Below are positions 9,888 to 18,876 of a stretch of DNA of 64,000 nt, in pieces. Under the pieces are notes generated by a model. The model did not search any database and had not been told where the DNA came from. It saw only the letters and a list, made by a program, of their open reading frames with translations. The DNA is taken from assembly GCA_965217715.1 (NCBI GenBank), contig OZ244563.1, positions 1,289,188-1,353,187 on the forward strand. Reading direction: 5' to 3'. The position numbers and the translations under genes were made by a program. The stretch's first letter is position 1. Each line of letters opens with the position of its first letter. Source of the DNA: Candidatus Poribacteria bacterium (GTDB taxonomy: Bacteria; Poribacteria; WGA-4E; WGA-3G).

Positions 9888-9915
9888 TCCTACAACCATT
9901 AAAGGAGCAGAAAGA

Positions 9916-12900
9916 ATGGCAGACAAAGAAAAGCGATTTAATCGTATCTCTATCAGTATCGCCTCGCCTGAACAGATAAAGGATTGGGCAAAACGGACAT
10001 CCTGTAGACGGAGGAATCCAGCAAGCGATACATGGTCGTGTCCCGAGAGAGGCACCTGTGATTGCGGTGAAATCAAAAAGGCAGAAACGATTAACTACCG
10101 TAGTTTTCGCCCTGAAAATCAAGGTTTATTTTGTGAATCGACATTTGGTCCACAAAAAGATTTTGAGTGTAGTTGCGGTAAGTATAAACGGATTAAGCAT
10201 AAAGGGCTTATTTGTGACCAATGCGGGGTTGAGGTGACAAAATCACAAGTTCGAAGAGAACGGCTCGGTTACATCAAACTTGCCACCCCAGTTTCCCATA
10301 TATGGTTTTTTAAAGGGATCCCATCGCGCCTTGGCACGTTCCTTGAACTTGCTTCCCGACAGGTTGAGCGAGTTCTTTACTTTGAAGCGTTTATTGTCAC
10401 AGAGGTCATTGATGACAGTTGTGGTTTGGCTGAAAAAGATATCCTTACAGAAGCAGAAGTGAATGGTAAGCTACGTGAACACCCGGATTCGTTCCGGGCG
10501 GGAACAGGGGCTGAGGCAATTCAGGAACTGCTGCGTAAAATTGATCTGCCAGAAGATGTAAAAAAGTTCACAGAAGAACTTGAGGCAACTTCCAGCCACC
10601 AGAAAAAAGTTAAACTCTCAAAACAACTTAAGATGGTGGCAGGCTTTGACAAAGCAGAGATGCATCCTGATTGGATGATCCTTGATGTGCTGCCTGTGAT
10701 TAGTCCTGATCTTCGACCCTTAGTTTCTCTGGAAGGGGGGAGATTCGCAACGAGTGATCTCAACGATCTATATCGCCGCGTAATTAACCGAAACAACCGA
10801 CTGCAAAAACTTATTGATCTCCGGTCCCCCGAAGTCATCCTCCGAAACGAAAAGCGGATGCTCCAGGAATCCGTTGACGCATTTTTGGATAATGGCAGAC
10901 ACGGACGCCGCGTGACTGGACCTGGCAAACGTGCCCTCAAATCCTTATCCGATATCCTCAAAGGTAAAGTTGGACGTTTTCGACAAAACCTCCTCGGAAA
11001 ACGCGTTGACTATTCAGGTAGAAGTGTTATTGTTGTCGGGCCCGAACTTGAACTCCATCAGTGTGGGGTGCCTAAATTGATGGCTGTTGAACTTTTCAAG
11101 CCATTCATTATTGAGAAACTTTTGACAGCCGGAAAAGTGCAGACTATCAAACGTGGGAAATATCTGACCGAACACGTTACGCCGGACTCACCCATTTGGG
11201 AAGCATTAGAAGAAGTCATCGCTGACCATCCGGTTTTGTTAAATCGTCCGCCGACACTCCACAGGCTCGGAATTCAGGCGTTTATGCCAGTACTTGTTGA
11301 AGGGAAGTCAATTCGGATTCCACCGCTTGTTTGTAAGGCATTCAATGCTGATTTTGATGGTGACCAGATGGCAGTTCATGTACCGCTGTCTATTGAGGCC
11401 CGTACAGAGGCGAAGATGTTACTGCTCAGTAGCGGTAATATTCTCAAACCTTCGCATGGTGAACCGATTACGGTGCCGGAACTTGATATGATTTTAGGCG
11501 CAAGTTTTCTAACAAAGGCACTACCAGAACACCAAGAACGAGCAGCACAACTCCACGCTGCTTATGCTGAAAAATCACAAGATGCCGAATCAGGTAATGT
11601 TTTCGCATCACTGGAAAGTGAAGTATGGGCGAAGCGCCGTTTTACATCTGTGGATGAGGTGACACACGCACACGGGTGTGGAACACTTAAACTACATGAT
11701 TCGGTTCTACTGTTTTTCAAAGAACATCACGAACCGATCCTCACGACCGTCGGACGTGTTATTTTCAACGAGGTTCTTCCACATACAAACGGAACTGCCT
11801 CACTTACTTGGAAAGATGAGGCTACAGGTCTTGAATTGCCATTTTTCAACGAGGAAGCACGTAGCAGACGTTTGTCACAACTCGTCAAACGCTGTTTTAA
11901 CGAACTTGGTACCGCAGAAACTGTTGCGTTGTTAGATCGGTTACAGAAACTTAGTTTTGAGTACGCAACTCGCAGCGGAATTTCTCCTGGTATAAAGGAT
12001 TATTTGATACCGTTTGACAAAAAGGTTATTGTTGAGTTGACAGATAAACGAATTAAGTTTCTTGACGCAGAGCAAATACTTATAGACAGCCTAAATAATA
12101 TAAGTGCCTTGCTTGAAAGTCTCGAAATACGGCAAACCCAGCTTGAAAATCACGAAATACGGCTAGAAGAACTGTCAAAGCGCATGGATAACCTTGATGA
12201 TGAACTTGATGAAGAATTATCAAAGTCTAAGACCATCCGTGATGAGGTAAGTCAACTGTTTCAACATCTCAACGATCTACCAGAAGAATTATCAAAGTCT
12301 AAGACCATCCGTGATGAGGTAAGTCAACTGCTTCAACATCTCAATGATCGGCACAAAGAACTGCTAAAGTTTATTACCAACCTTGATGAAGAACTGCCAA
12401 AGCTCAAGACCATCCGTGATGAGGTAAGTCAACTGCTTCAACATCTCGATGATCTGCCAGAGTTTATGGGTAACCTTGATGATGAACTTGATGAAGAACT
12501 ACCAAAGCTCAAGACCATCCGTGATGAGGTAAAGGAATTACCAAAGGAACATTTTAAGGATCTATCAAAGTTTATGGTCAATCTCAATAAGGCAAGTCAA
12601 CTGCTTGAGCATCTCAATGATCTGCTTAAGCATCATAATGATCTGCCAAAGCGCATGGATAACCTTAATGATGAACTTGATAAAGAACTGCCAAAGCTCA
12701 AGACCATCCGTGATAAGATAAGTGAATTGCCAAAAAAACATCTTAATGATCTGCCAGAGCTTATGGGTAATCTTGATGATGAACGGCAAAAGTTTAAGAT
12801 CATCCGTGATGAGGTGGATCAACTGCTTCAACATCAGTCTATGGGCAATCCTGATGATGAACGGAAAAAGCTTCCTGATGATGAACGGAAAAAGCTTAAG

Positions 12901-15900
12901 ATCATCCGTGATGAGGTGGATCAACTGCTTCAACATCTCAATGATCTGCCAGAGTCTATGGGCAATTTTGATGGGATCAGTAAAGAAATTAAGCGTCTCA
13001 AACCTAAGGTAAGTGATCTGCTTAAGCGTCTCTCACAACAACTTGAGCGTCTTCCACTGCCAACACTTATGGACAATCATACTAAGGTACGTGAACTGTT
13101 TGTGCAGCGTGACGTAGAAGAAGTAGAGAACGAAAAGATTGGGATATGGTTTGTTGCTGTCACAGCAATTGAAGAACAACTGTTCACCGAACTTCCGACG
13201 ACAGAAACGTATTTGGTTGAACAAGATAAAGAGGTAGAAGGGTTTAGTCCGGTGCATCTGATGGCAGATAGTGGTGCCCGCGCGCGCAAAAATCCGTTCA
13301 TACAAATTAGTGCTATCGTCGGATTGAAGTCTAAACAGAGTGGTGAGATTCTGCCTACGCCGATCCAATCCTCCTATCGGGAGGGTTTGGATGTGCTGGA
13401 CTACTTTACCTCAACCTATGGATCACGCAAAGGGTTGGTGGATACCGCTATGAAAACCGCTGCCTCTGGATACCTCACGCGAAAACTGGTCGATGTTGCG
13501 CAAGATGTGTTGATTACCGAAGAGGATTGCGGCACAACGCATGGCATCCTCAAATTTACCACAAACGCTGGCTCCATTGGGTTCAAGATTAGTGGTCGTG
13601 TTACCGTGGAACCTGTAATACATCCCACGACAGAGGAAACACTGGTTGAAAATGAGACATTAATTACACCGCAGATAGCAGAAATTATTGAGGGTGCTGA
13701 AGTTCCGAGCGTTCGAGTCCGATCTATACTCACTTGCGAGGCAGAGAAAGGGGTCTGTGTTGCCTGCTACGGCGCTGATTTGACATCAGGACATCTCGCC
13801 AATGTTGGAGAAGCTATCGGCATCATCGCAGCGCAATCTATCGGCGAACCCGGGACGCAGTTGACAATGCGTACCTTCCATACAGGTGGTGTGGTTGAAG
13901 ATATGAGTGAACGCCTTGCACGTAAGATTATGGCAAAGGCTACAGGGAAAGTGCGGTTTCGTGATTTCATTCCCGGACGCACCGTCCGTGAAGAAGATGG
14001 ACTCTGGATTGTACAACAGGTTGCTGAACACCTTGACCAACCCAAATATAAGGTTAAAACCGTCCAACATCCTGAGTGCAAACTACAACCAGACGAACTC
14101 CTCACAGAGAAACAGCATCAAGAAAATCTTGAGCGCTTTCCTGGGTTTGCGGTAGAACCTATTGCCTATGAAGTTAGCAAAGTGACTCGACCGGATGTCA
14201 TTGAGGCAAACGGCGGAGAAGACTTCCCGTTGCAAGAAGGACAGTATCTAACGGAACACGAATACAACGCCTATTTTCATAGATTCTCACCGTTCCGATG
14301 TTCTGAACCGCACTATCGTGTGAAAAGTGTAAAACATTCGGATACTTTGCTGAAGGAAGGCACATTGCTGACAGAAAGCGAAGCAGAAACATGGCGCGCC
14401 GAAATCCGACCGTTTGACGGCGAATGGGTGTATGAAACGAAAAAGGGTACTATCCTTACCGAAAGTGAATATCTACAGAAACAGAACAGTGTTAAAGCGG
14501 AGATGAAGTATCAGATTCAGAAGGTAACGCATCCGAGTTGCCCGTTTAAGGAAGGGAAACTACTTTCTCCAGAGGAAGAGAGCCAATACCACATGGAACT
14601 CGATGAGCCGGTATATACCGTAACAGAAGTCAGCGATGATATTGACTTAACTGTGGATCAAGAATTGACTGCTGCAGAATTCCGACGTGCACAGGAGATG
14701 TTTAGAACATTTGACGTGCAACGTCCGTCAACGGCGTGGTGTCGTGTTACACAAGTCATGCACCCTGAATGTCCGCTAAAGCCTGACGAACTCATTGAGG
14801 TCGAGAAATTAGAAACGCTTCGAAATAAATTCAGTGGATTTACCGCAGAACGCCTCAAATATCGAATCACTGCTGTGCATCATCCGAATTGTAATCTGGA
14901 ACCTGAAACACTGCTCACCGAAAATGAGAAAAAAGCAATATTGAAGGAATATCCCGGGTTTGAAGTTGATGTCACTAAGAATGAAGAAGGGTTTGAGGTT
15001 GAACGGCTTTACCGCATTATTGCCTCACATCATCCTGAATTTCCTGGTGCTGTTGATGAATACATCACACAATCGGAGTCCAATCGATTCCGGCGAAACT
15101 ATAAGGGATTTGATTTTGAGAAACTTTACCTTCACGTACCTGAAGGGACTGAAACTGAAGAGACTTTGACAGAAGCGGACTACAAGGCACTTGTTAAACA
15201 GCATCGAGACACGGATACGCCCCCACCTAACATAAAACTGGTGTATCACGTCCTTGCCGTTCACCACGCTGAGTGTCCTTTTACTGCTGGACAACGGATT
15301 GATGAGGGTGAATATAAACGCGCACAACGGCTTTATAAAGGCTTTGATACTGAACGGGCTTTTAAGGTAACAGGTGTCGCTGAAACTGATTCCGAGATTG
15401 CTGTAGGCGATATTCTCAGTGATGCCGACTATAAAAAAGAAACGGCTTCCACTTCAAAGAATACCTACCGAGTGGAGAAGGTGATACATCCGAACTGTAC
15501 GCTTACTGTCGATCAAGAGTTGAAAGACTGGGGATATGCAACTGCCCTTGAACAATATACAGGTGTTGATGTAGATGGATTAGTTGAGACTTTCCGAATT
15601 GATGTTGATATTGCAGGTGGCGGGAGTGTGTCACACCTTATTCCCGCAGGTTATTCGGTTTCTGTTAAGGATGAACAACGCGTTAAAGCACAACATTCGT
15701 TAGCAGAATTGCAAGAAAAAACTACCAACCTTGACATTGTTGCTGGGATTCCGCGTGTGACGGAACTTTTTGAAGCGCGGCGTCCAAAACGCGAAGATGC
15801 TGCTGAAATTGCTGAAATCGATGGGTACGTGCAACTTACTGGACAGAAAGCTGGCGTGCCTCAATATCGAATCGTAGACGGTGCTACCAAAAGCCGTCTA

Positions 15901-16569
15901 TATTCTATTCCGGACGAAAAACGCCTACCTGAGGTTGACGATGGCGAGTGGGTCAAAGCTGGGGAACCACTGACAGAAGGATACCTCAACCCACATGACA
16001 TTCTTACCATTGGTAGAACTACCCTTAATGGACATTCTTTGGAAGGTGAAGAAGCACTTTGGGCATACCTTGTGGATGAGGTTCAGACAGTCTATCCGAC
16101 TGACAGCATTAACGATAAGCACGTGGAAGTGATTGTGCGACAGATGCTTCAAAAGATACGCATCCTATCTGTTGGGGACACAAAATTCTACGCGAACGAT
16201 GAAGTCAGCCGACACAAGTTCCACGCCGAAAATAGGCGCGTTGAACAAGATGGCGGCACCCCCGCAACTGGTGAACCTGTCTTACAGAGCATTAGTAAAG
16301 CATCACTCAGCACAGATAGTTTCATCTCTGCAGCGAGTTTCCAACAAACACCCAAGGTCCTCACAGATGCTGCTGTTGAAGGGCAAACAGACCTACTTAC
16401 TGGTTTGAAGGAAAACGTCATCCTTGGACGTCTTATCCCCGCAGGTACGGGGTTCGCTGAGTGGCAGGAACTTCAAGTATCACGTGACGCAATCGCTAAT
16501 CCAGATGCAGAAGAACTACCTGAACCGATTGTTGAACCAGAAGCGATTGCTGAGACGGTTGAGGAATAA
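9916..16569 (+). CDS. rpoC: DNA-directed RNA polymerase subunit beta-prime, giant form (2,217 aa) with lineage-specific insertions
   Basis: Start chosen at the ATG at 9916 (MADKEKRFNRISISIASPEQIKDW), preceded by AAAGGAG. Canonical blocks are present: CSCGKYKR.KHKG.ICD.CGVEV, NADFDGDQMAVHVPLS, MADSGAR, GYLTRKLVDVAQD, GEPGTQLTMRTFHTGG, GIPRVTELFEARRPK, INDKHVEVIVRQM. Three extra segments are described separately. Confidence 0.95.
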   Translation: MADKEKRFNRISISIASPEQIKDWAKRTSCRRRNPASDTWSCPERGTCDCGEIKKAETINYRSFRPENQGLFCESTFGPQKDFECSCGKYKRIKHKGLICDQCGVEVTKSQVRRERLGYIKLATPVSHIWFFKGIPSRLGTFLELASRQVERVLYFEAFIVTEVIDDSCGLAEKDILTEAEVNGKLREHPDSFRAGTGAEAIQELLRKIDLPEDVKKFTEELEATSSHQKKVKLSKQLKMVAGFDKAEMHPDWMILDVLPVISPDLRPLVSLEGGRFATSDLNDLYRRVINRNNRLQKLIDLRSPEVILRNEKRMLQESVDAFLDNGRHGRRVTGPGKRALKSLSDILKGKVGRFRQNLLGKRVDYSGRSVIVVGPELELHQCGVPKLMAVELFKPFIIEKLLTAGKVQTIKRGKYLTEHVTPDSPIWEALEEVIADHPVLLNRPPTLHRLGIQAFMPVLVEGKSIRIPPLVCKAFNADFDGDQMAVHVPLSIEARTEAKMLLLSSGNILKPSHGEPITVPELDMILGASFLTKALPEHQERAAQLHAAYAEKSQDAESGNVFASLESEVWAKRRFTSVDEVTHAHGCGTLKLHDSVLLFFKEHHEPILTTVGRVIFNEVLPHTNGTASLTWKDEATGLELPFFNEEARSRRLSQLVKRCFNELGTAETVALLDRLQKLSFEYATRSGISPGIKDYLIPFDKKVIVELTDKRIKFLDAEQILIDSLNNISALLESLEIRQTQLENHEIRLEELSKRMDNLDDELDEELSKSKTIRDEVSQLFQHLNDLPEELSKSKTIRDEVSQLLQHLNDRHKELLKFITNLDEELPKLKTIRDEVSQLLQHLDDLPEFMGNLDDELDEELPKLKTIRDEVKELPKEHFKDLSKFMVNLNKASQLLEHLNDLLKHHNDLPKRMDNLNDELDKELPKLKTIRDKISELPKKHLNDLPELMGNLDDERQKFKIIRDEVDQLLQHQSMGNPDDERKKLPDDERKKLKIIRDEVDQLLQHLNDLPESMGNFDGISKEIKRLKPKVSDLLKRLSQQLERLPLPTLMDNHTKVRELFVQRDVEEVENEKIGIWFVAVTAIEEQLFTELPTTETYLVEQDKEVEGFSPVHLMADSGARARKNPFIQISAIVGLKSKQSGEILPTPIQSSYREGLDVLDYFTSTYGSRKGLVDTAMKTAASGYLTRKLVDVAQDVLITEEDCGTTHGILKFTTNAGSIGFKISGRVTVEPVIHPTTEETLVENETLITPQIAEIIEGAEVPSVRVRSILTCEAEKGVCVACYGADLTSGHLANVGEAIGIIAAQSIGEPGTQLTMRTFHTGGVVEDMSERLARKIMAKATGKVRFRDFIPGRTVREEDGLWIVQQVAEHLDQPKYKVKTVQHPECKLQPDELLTEKQHQENLERFPGFAVEPIAYEVSKVTRPDVIEANGGEDFPLQEGQYLTEHEYNAYFHRFSPFRCSEPHYRVKSVKHSDTLLKEGTLLTESEAETWRAEIRPFDGEWVYETKKGTILTESEYLQKQNSVKAEMKYQIQKVTHPSCPFKEGKLLSPEEESQYHMELDEPVYTVTEVSDDIDLTVDQELTAAEFRRAQEMFRTFDVQRPSTAWCRVTQVMHPECPLKPDELIEVEKLETLRNKFSGFTAERLKYRITAVHHPNCNLEPETLLTENEKKAILKEYPGFEVDVTKNEEGFEVERLYRIIASHHPEFPGAVDEYITQSESNRFRRNYKGFDFEKLYLHVPEGTETEETLTEADYKALVKQHRDTDTPPPNIKLVYHVLAVHHAECPFTAGQRIDEGEYKRAQRLYKGFDTERAFKVTGVAETDSEIAVGDILSDADYKKETASTSKNTYRVEKVIHPNCTLTVDQELKDWGYATALEQYTGVDVDGLVETFRIDVDIAGGGSVSHLIPAGYSVSVKDEQRVKAQHSLAELQEKTTNLDIVAGIPRVTELFEARRPKREDAAEIAEIDGYVQLTGQKAGVPQYRIVDGATKSRLYSIPDEKRLPEVDDGEWVKAGEPLTEGYLNPHDILTIGRTTLNGHSLEGEEALWAYLVDEVQTVYPTDSINDKHVEVIVRQMLQKIRILSVGDTKFYANDEVSRHKFHAENRRVEQDGGTPATGEPVLQSISKASLSTDSFISAASFQQTPKVLTDAAVEGQTDLLTGLKENVILGRLIPAGTGFAEWQELQVSRDAIANPDAEELPEPIVEPEAIAETVEE
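12070..13130 (+). repeat. In-frame imperfect tandem repeats inside rpoC encoding a ~350-aa coiled-coil-like insertion
   Basis: The motif EL(S/P)K(S/L)K(T/I)IRDEV.QLLQHLNDLPE recurs at least 7 times. At the DNA level, 12211-12282 and 12283-12354 are near-identical 72-bp units. Flanks align to the two beta-prime rim helices (...DKRIKFLDAEQ / ...NEKIGIWFVAVTAIEEQL). Confidence 0.85.
13891..15741 (+). other. ~615-aa insertion in the beta-prime trigger loop made of ~13 degenerate 35-50-aa modules
   Basis: It lies between TFHTGG and IVAGIPRVTELFEARRP. The module signature Y(R/K)V..V.HP.C.L....LLTE.E......F.GF is visible in KYKVKTVQHPECKL, YRVKSVKHSD, YQIQKVTHPSCPF, CRVTQVMHPECPL, YRITAVHHPNCNL, YRIIASHHPEFP, YHVLAVHHAECPF, YRVEKVIHPNCTL and others. 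Confidence 0.8.
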
Positions 16570-16584
16570 CCGTAGTTGTTTATT

Positions 16585-16790
16585 GTAGAACCTAAAAATA
16601 TGTGAACACTTCCTTGGTAGGTGCGGTTTCCTAACCGCACCATGAGTGTCAATTTAGTGATAGATTTTCTTGTTGGAGGGGTTTCTAACCCGATTATATC
16701 AGTGTATCGGGGTTGAAAACGTCTCCAACAATGTAAGAGGTGCGGTTTCCTAACCGCGTCTACCAAGGTGTGTTCACGTAATTTGGGTTG
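16585..16790. repeat. Composite palindromic REP/MITE-like element between convergent rpoC and fumC
   Basis: The left arm GTAGAACCTAAAAATATGTGAACACTTCCTTGGTAGGTGCGGTTTCCTAACCGCACC is an imperfect inverted copy of the right arm GGTGCGGTTTCCTAACCGCGTCTACCAAGGTGTGTTCACGTAATTTGGGTT. The centre holds an inverted pair of TGTTGGAGGGGTTTCTAACCCGAT-type units. Confidence 0.85.
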
Positions 16791-16797
16791 CATTACA

Positions 16798-18189
16798 TTA
16801 TAAATTCGGTGCAACCATCTCACTCGGCACAACAAGCTCATCAAACTCCTCCGCTGTTAACACACCCTCTTCAACCGCTACTTCGCGGAGTGTAGACCCT
16901 TCCCGATGTGCCTTCTGTGCAAGTTTTGCCGCCGCATCGTAACCTATCCGTGGTGTTAGTGCTGTCACCAACATCAACGATGCTTCCAGATAACCAGCAA
17001 TTACTGATGTGTTCGCTTCAATTCCAACAACGCAATGCTGACGGAACGCATCACACGCATCTGCTAACAACCGAATCGATTGCAAACTGTTAAAAGCAAT
17101 CACAGGCATAAAAACGTTCAGTTCAAAGTTACCTGCACTACCAGCGAGTGAAATCGTGGTATCATTGCCAATCACCTGTGCACAAACCATTGTCATCGCC
17201 TCACACTGTGTCGGATTGACTTTCCCAGGCATAATAGAGCTTCCCGGTTCATTCTCCGGCAAAATCAATTCACCGATACCACATCGGGGACCGCTACCTA
17301 ACCAACGAATGTCATTAGCAATTTTATACAATGCGCAAGCCAACCTTTTCATAGCACCGCTTGCGGATACGAGTGCGTCTCGACTTCCCAACGCTTCAAA
17401 CTTATTTGGGGCACTCACAAACGGATGTCCAGTCCGTTCAGCGATACGAGATGCTGCCGCGTCCGCGTAATCTGGGTGTGTATTCAATCCTGTGCCGACA
17501 GCAGTTCCACCAATGGGGAGTTCATAAAGATGTGGCAACGTATTTCTAATCGCTTCCTGTGCATGTGCTACCTGTTGCGCATACCCACTGAATACTTGTC
17601 CTAACGTCAAAGGTGTCGCATCCATTAGATGCGTTCTCCCCGTTTTTACAATATCCGAAAATTCCTGCGCCTTATCCTCCAATGCACTTTGTAATGCCGC
17701 AGCGGCGGGCAACAAACGTTCAACGCACTGTGTCACAACCGCTATGTGAATGGCGGTTGGAAAAACATCGTTTGTTGACTGCGAACGGTTCACATGGTCA
17801 TTCGGATGCACGGGGGATTTCATACCACGACTACCACCTGCCAGTTCATTCGCACGGTTTGCGAGAACTTCGTTGATATTCATGTGTGTCTGTGTGCCAC
17901 TGCCTGTTTGCCAAATCCGAAGCGGGAACTGGTCTGCAAGTTTGCCATCAGCAACTTCATCTGCAGCACGGCAGATAAGGGCAGCGATTTCTGAGGTAAT
18001 TCCACCGAGTTCGGCATTGACAGTGGCAGCAGCATGCTTAATAATGGCAAGTGAGCGGATGAATGTAAGTGGAAAATGTTCGTCTCCGATGTCAAAATTG
18101 AGGTTTGCACGCTGTGTTTGCGCACCCCAATATGCTTCCTCAGGCACCTCTACATCGCCTAAACTATCTTTTTCTATTCGTGTTTTCAT
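16798..18189 (-). CDS. fumC: Class II fumarate hydratase
   Basis: N-terminus [23 protein letters not shown], the fumarase/aspartase signature [16 protein letters not shown], and the [11 protein letters not shown] block. ATG at 18189 is preferred over the TTG at 18192. Confidence 0.9.
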   Translation of the reverse strand: MKTRIEKDSLGDVEVPEEAYWGAQTQRANLNFDIGDEHFPLTFIRSLAIIKHAAATVNAELGGITSEIAALICRAADEVADGKLADQFPLRIWQTGSGTQTHMNINEVLANRANELAGGSRGMKSPVHPNDHVNRSQSTNDVFPTAIHIAVVTQCVERLLPAAAALQSALEDKAQEFSDIVKTGRTHLMDATPLTLGQVFSGYAQQVAHAQEAIRNTLPHLYELPIGGTAVGTGLNTHPDYADAAASRIAERTGHPFVSAPNKFEALGSRDALVSASGAMKRLACALYKIANDIRWLGSGPRCGIGELILPENEPGSSIMPGKVNPTQCEAMTMVCAQVIGNDTTISLAGSAGNFELNVFMPVIAFNSLQSIRLLADACDAFRQHCVVGIEANTSVIAGYLEASLMLVTALTPRIGYDAAAKLAQKAHREGSTLREVAVEEGVLTAEEFDELVVPSEMVAPNL

Positions 18190-18369
18190 CAAAATCCTCT
18201 TTATTAATAATTGCGTTTTATGTTGACGGGAATTATCTTTTTGATTGCGCGTAAAATTCCGTCCGTTCTATTTAGCGATTTCAATTTTAACGCAAAAACA
18301 GGCGTGTGTCAAGCAGTGCGTTTTTATAGTGTGAAAGTTTTCGTATTAACCGCTTTTTCCTATCGCCTA

Positions 18370-18431
18370 TTGTAGGAGGGCTTTAGAAACCCGATTCTTT
18401 TTTCTTGTAGGAGGGTTTTTCAGCCCCTAAC
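18370..18431. repeat. Two direct copies of the second REP type (TTGTAGGAGGG-N-TTT..A..CCC)
   Basis: TTGTAGGAGGGCTTTAGAAACCCGATTC and CTTGTAGGAGGGTTTTTCAGCCCCTAAC. The same family occurs at 16669-16730, 27757-27785, 36787-36856 and 45452-45545. Confidence 0.8.
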
Positions 18432-18489
18432 AGACATATTCTGTATGCCTTAACCGTGTTTATAGTCGCAAATTTATTAATGTATTTCC

Positions 18490-18595
18490 ACTATAGTGAA
18501 ACCTAAAAATATGTGCACACTCCCGGTAGATGCGGTTTCCTAACCGCATCTATGAGACTGAATAAACACCGGTTCGGTTAGGAAACCGAACCCGC
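18490..18595. repeat. Composite double-hairpin repeat, inverted copy of the 147-bp unit at 42.2-42.5 kb
   Basis: CTATAGTGAAACCTAAAAATATGTGCACACTCCCGGTAGATGCGGTTTCCTAACCGCATCTATGAGACTGAATAAACACCGGTTCGGTTAGGAAACCGAACC matches the reverse complement of 42361-42475 with a few mismatches. Confidence 0.85.
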
Positions 18596-18801
18596 CAAAT
18601 GCCTTACGCGCATTTGGCGTTGATTCGTAGTGTATAAATAATTATGGTTTTTACTATAAACAACTTTTTTAGTGAAAGCGAACTTCACCTCAAGATTTTT
18701 CCCAAATCCGCGATTCAGATAGAAAAAGTAATGATACCTAAATTAACACGCTCCAACCTGAATTTTGACAAATGTTTACACACTTAATTCAGCGATTTAA
18801 C

Positions 18802-18830
18802 TTGCCAAAGCCGTTGAAACATGGTATATT
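18802..18830 (+). promoter_or_regulatory. Candidate promoter TTGCCA-N17-(TGg)TATATT for the 18877 gene
   Basis: TTGCCA at 18802-18807 and TATATT at 18825-18830, with an extended -10 TG at 18822-18823. It lies about 47 nt upstream of the GTG start. Confidence 0.4.
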
Positions 18831-18876
18831 TTAAGATAAAGTATTTTGAATAGAGATTTATACCAAAAAGGTACAA

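Noticed and set aside
9874-9915. The listed rpoC ORF start at 9874
   Set aside because: It is a non-ATG start lying inside the intergenic inverted repeat. The ATG at 9916 has an AAAGGAG SD and yields the canonical beta-prime N-terminus (…RISIASPEQIKDW).
12565-13012. ORFs 12565-12936 (-) and 12722-13012 (+) inside rpoC
   Set aside because: They lie within the in-frame repeat array of rpoC. Their open frames are a by-product of the low-complexity tandem repeat and they overlap an unambiguous essential gene.
13700-13725. tRNA T-arm-like string GTTCGAGTCC
   Set aside because: It lies inside the rpoC coding frame (..VPSVRVRSI..) with no acceptor or anticodon arms around it. No tRNA or rRNA genes were detected by eye elsewhere.
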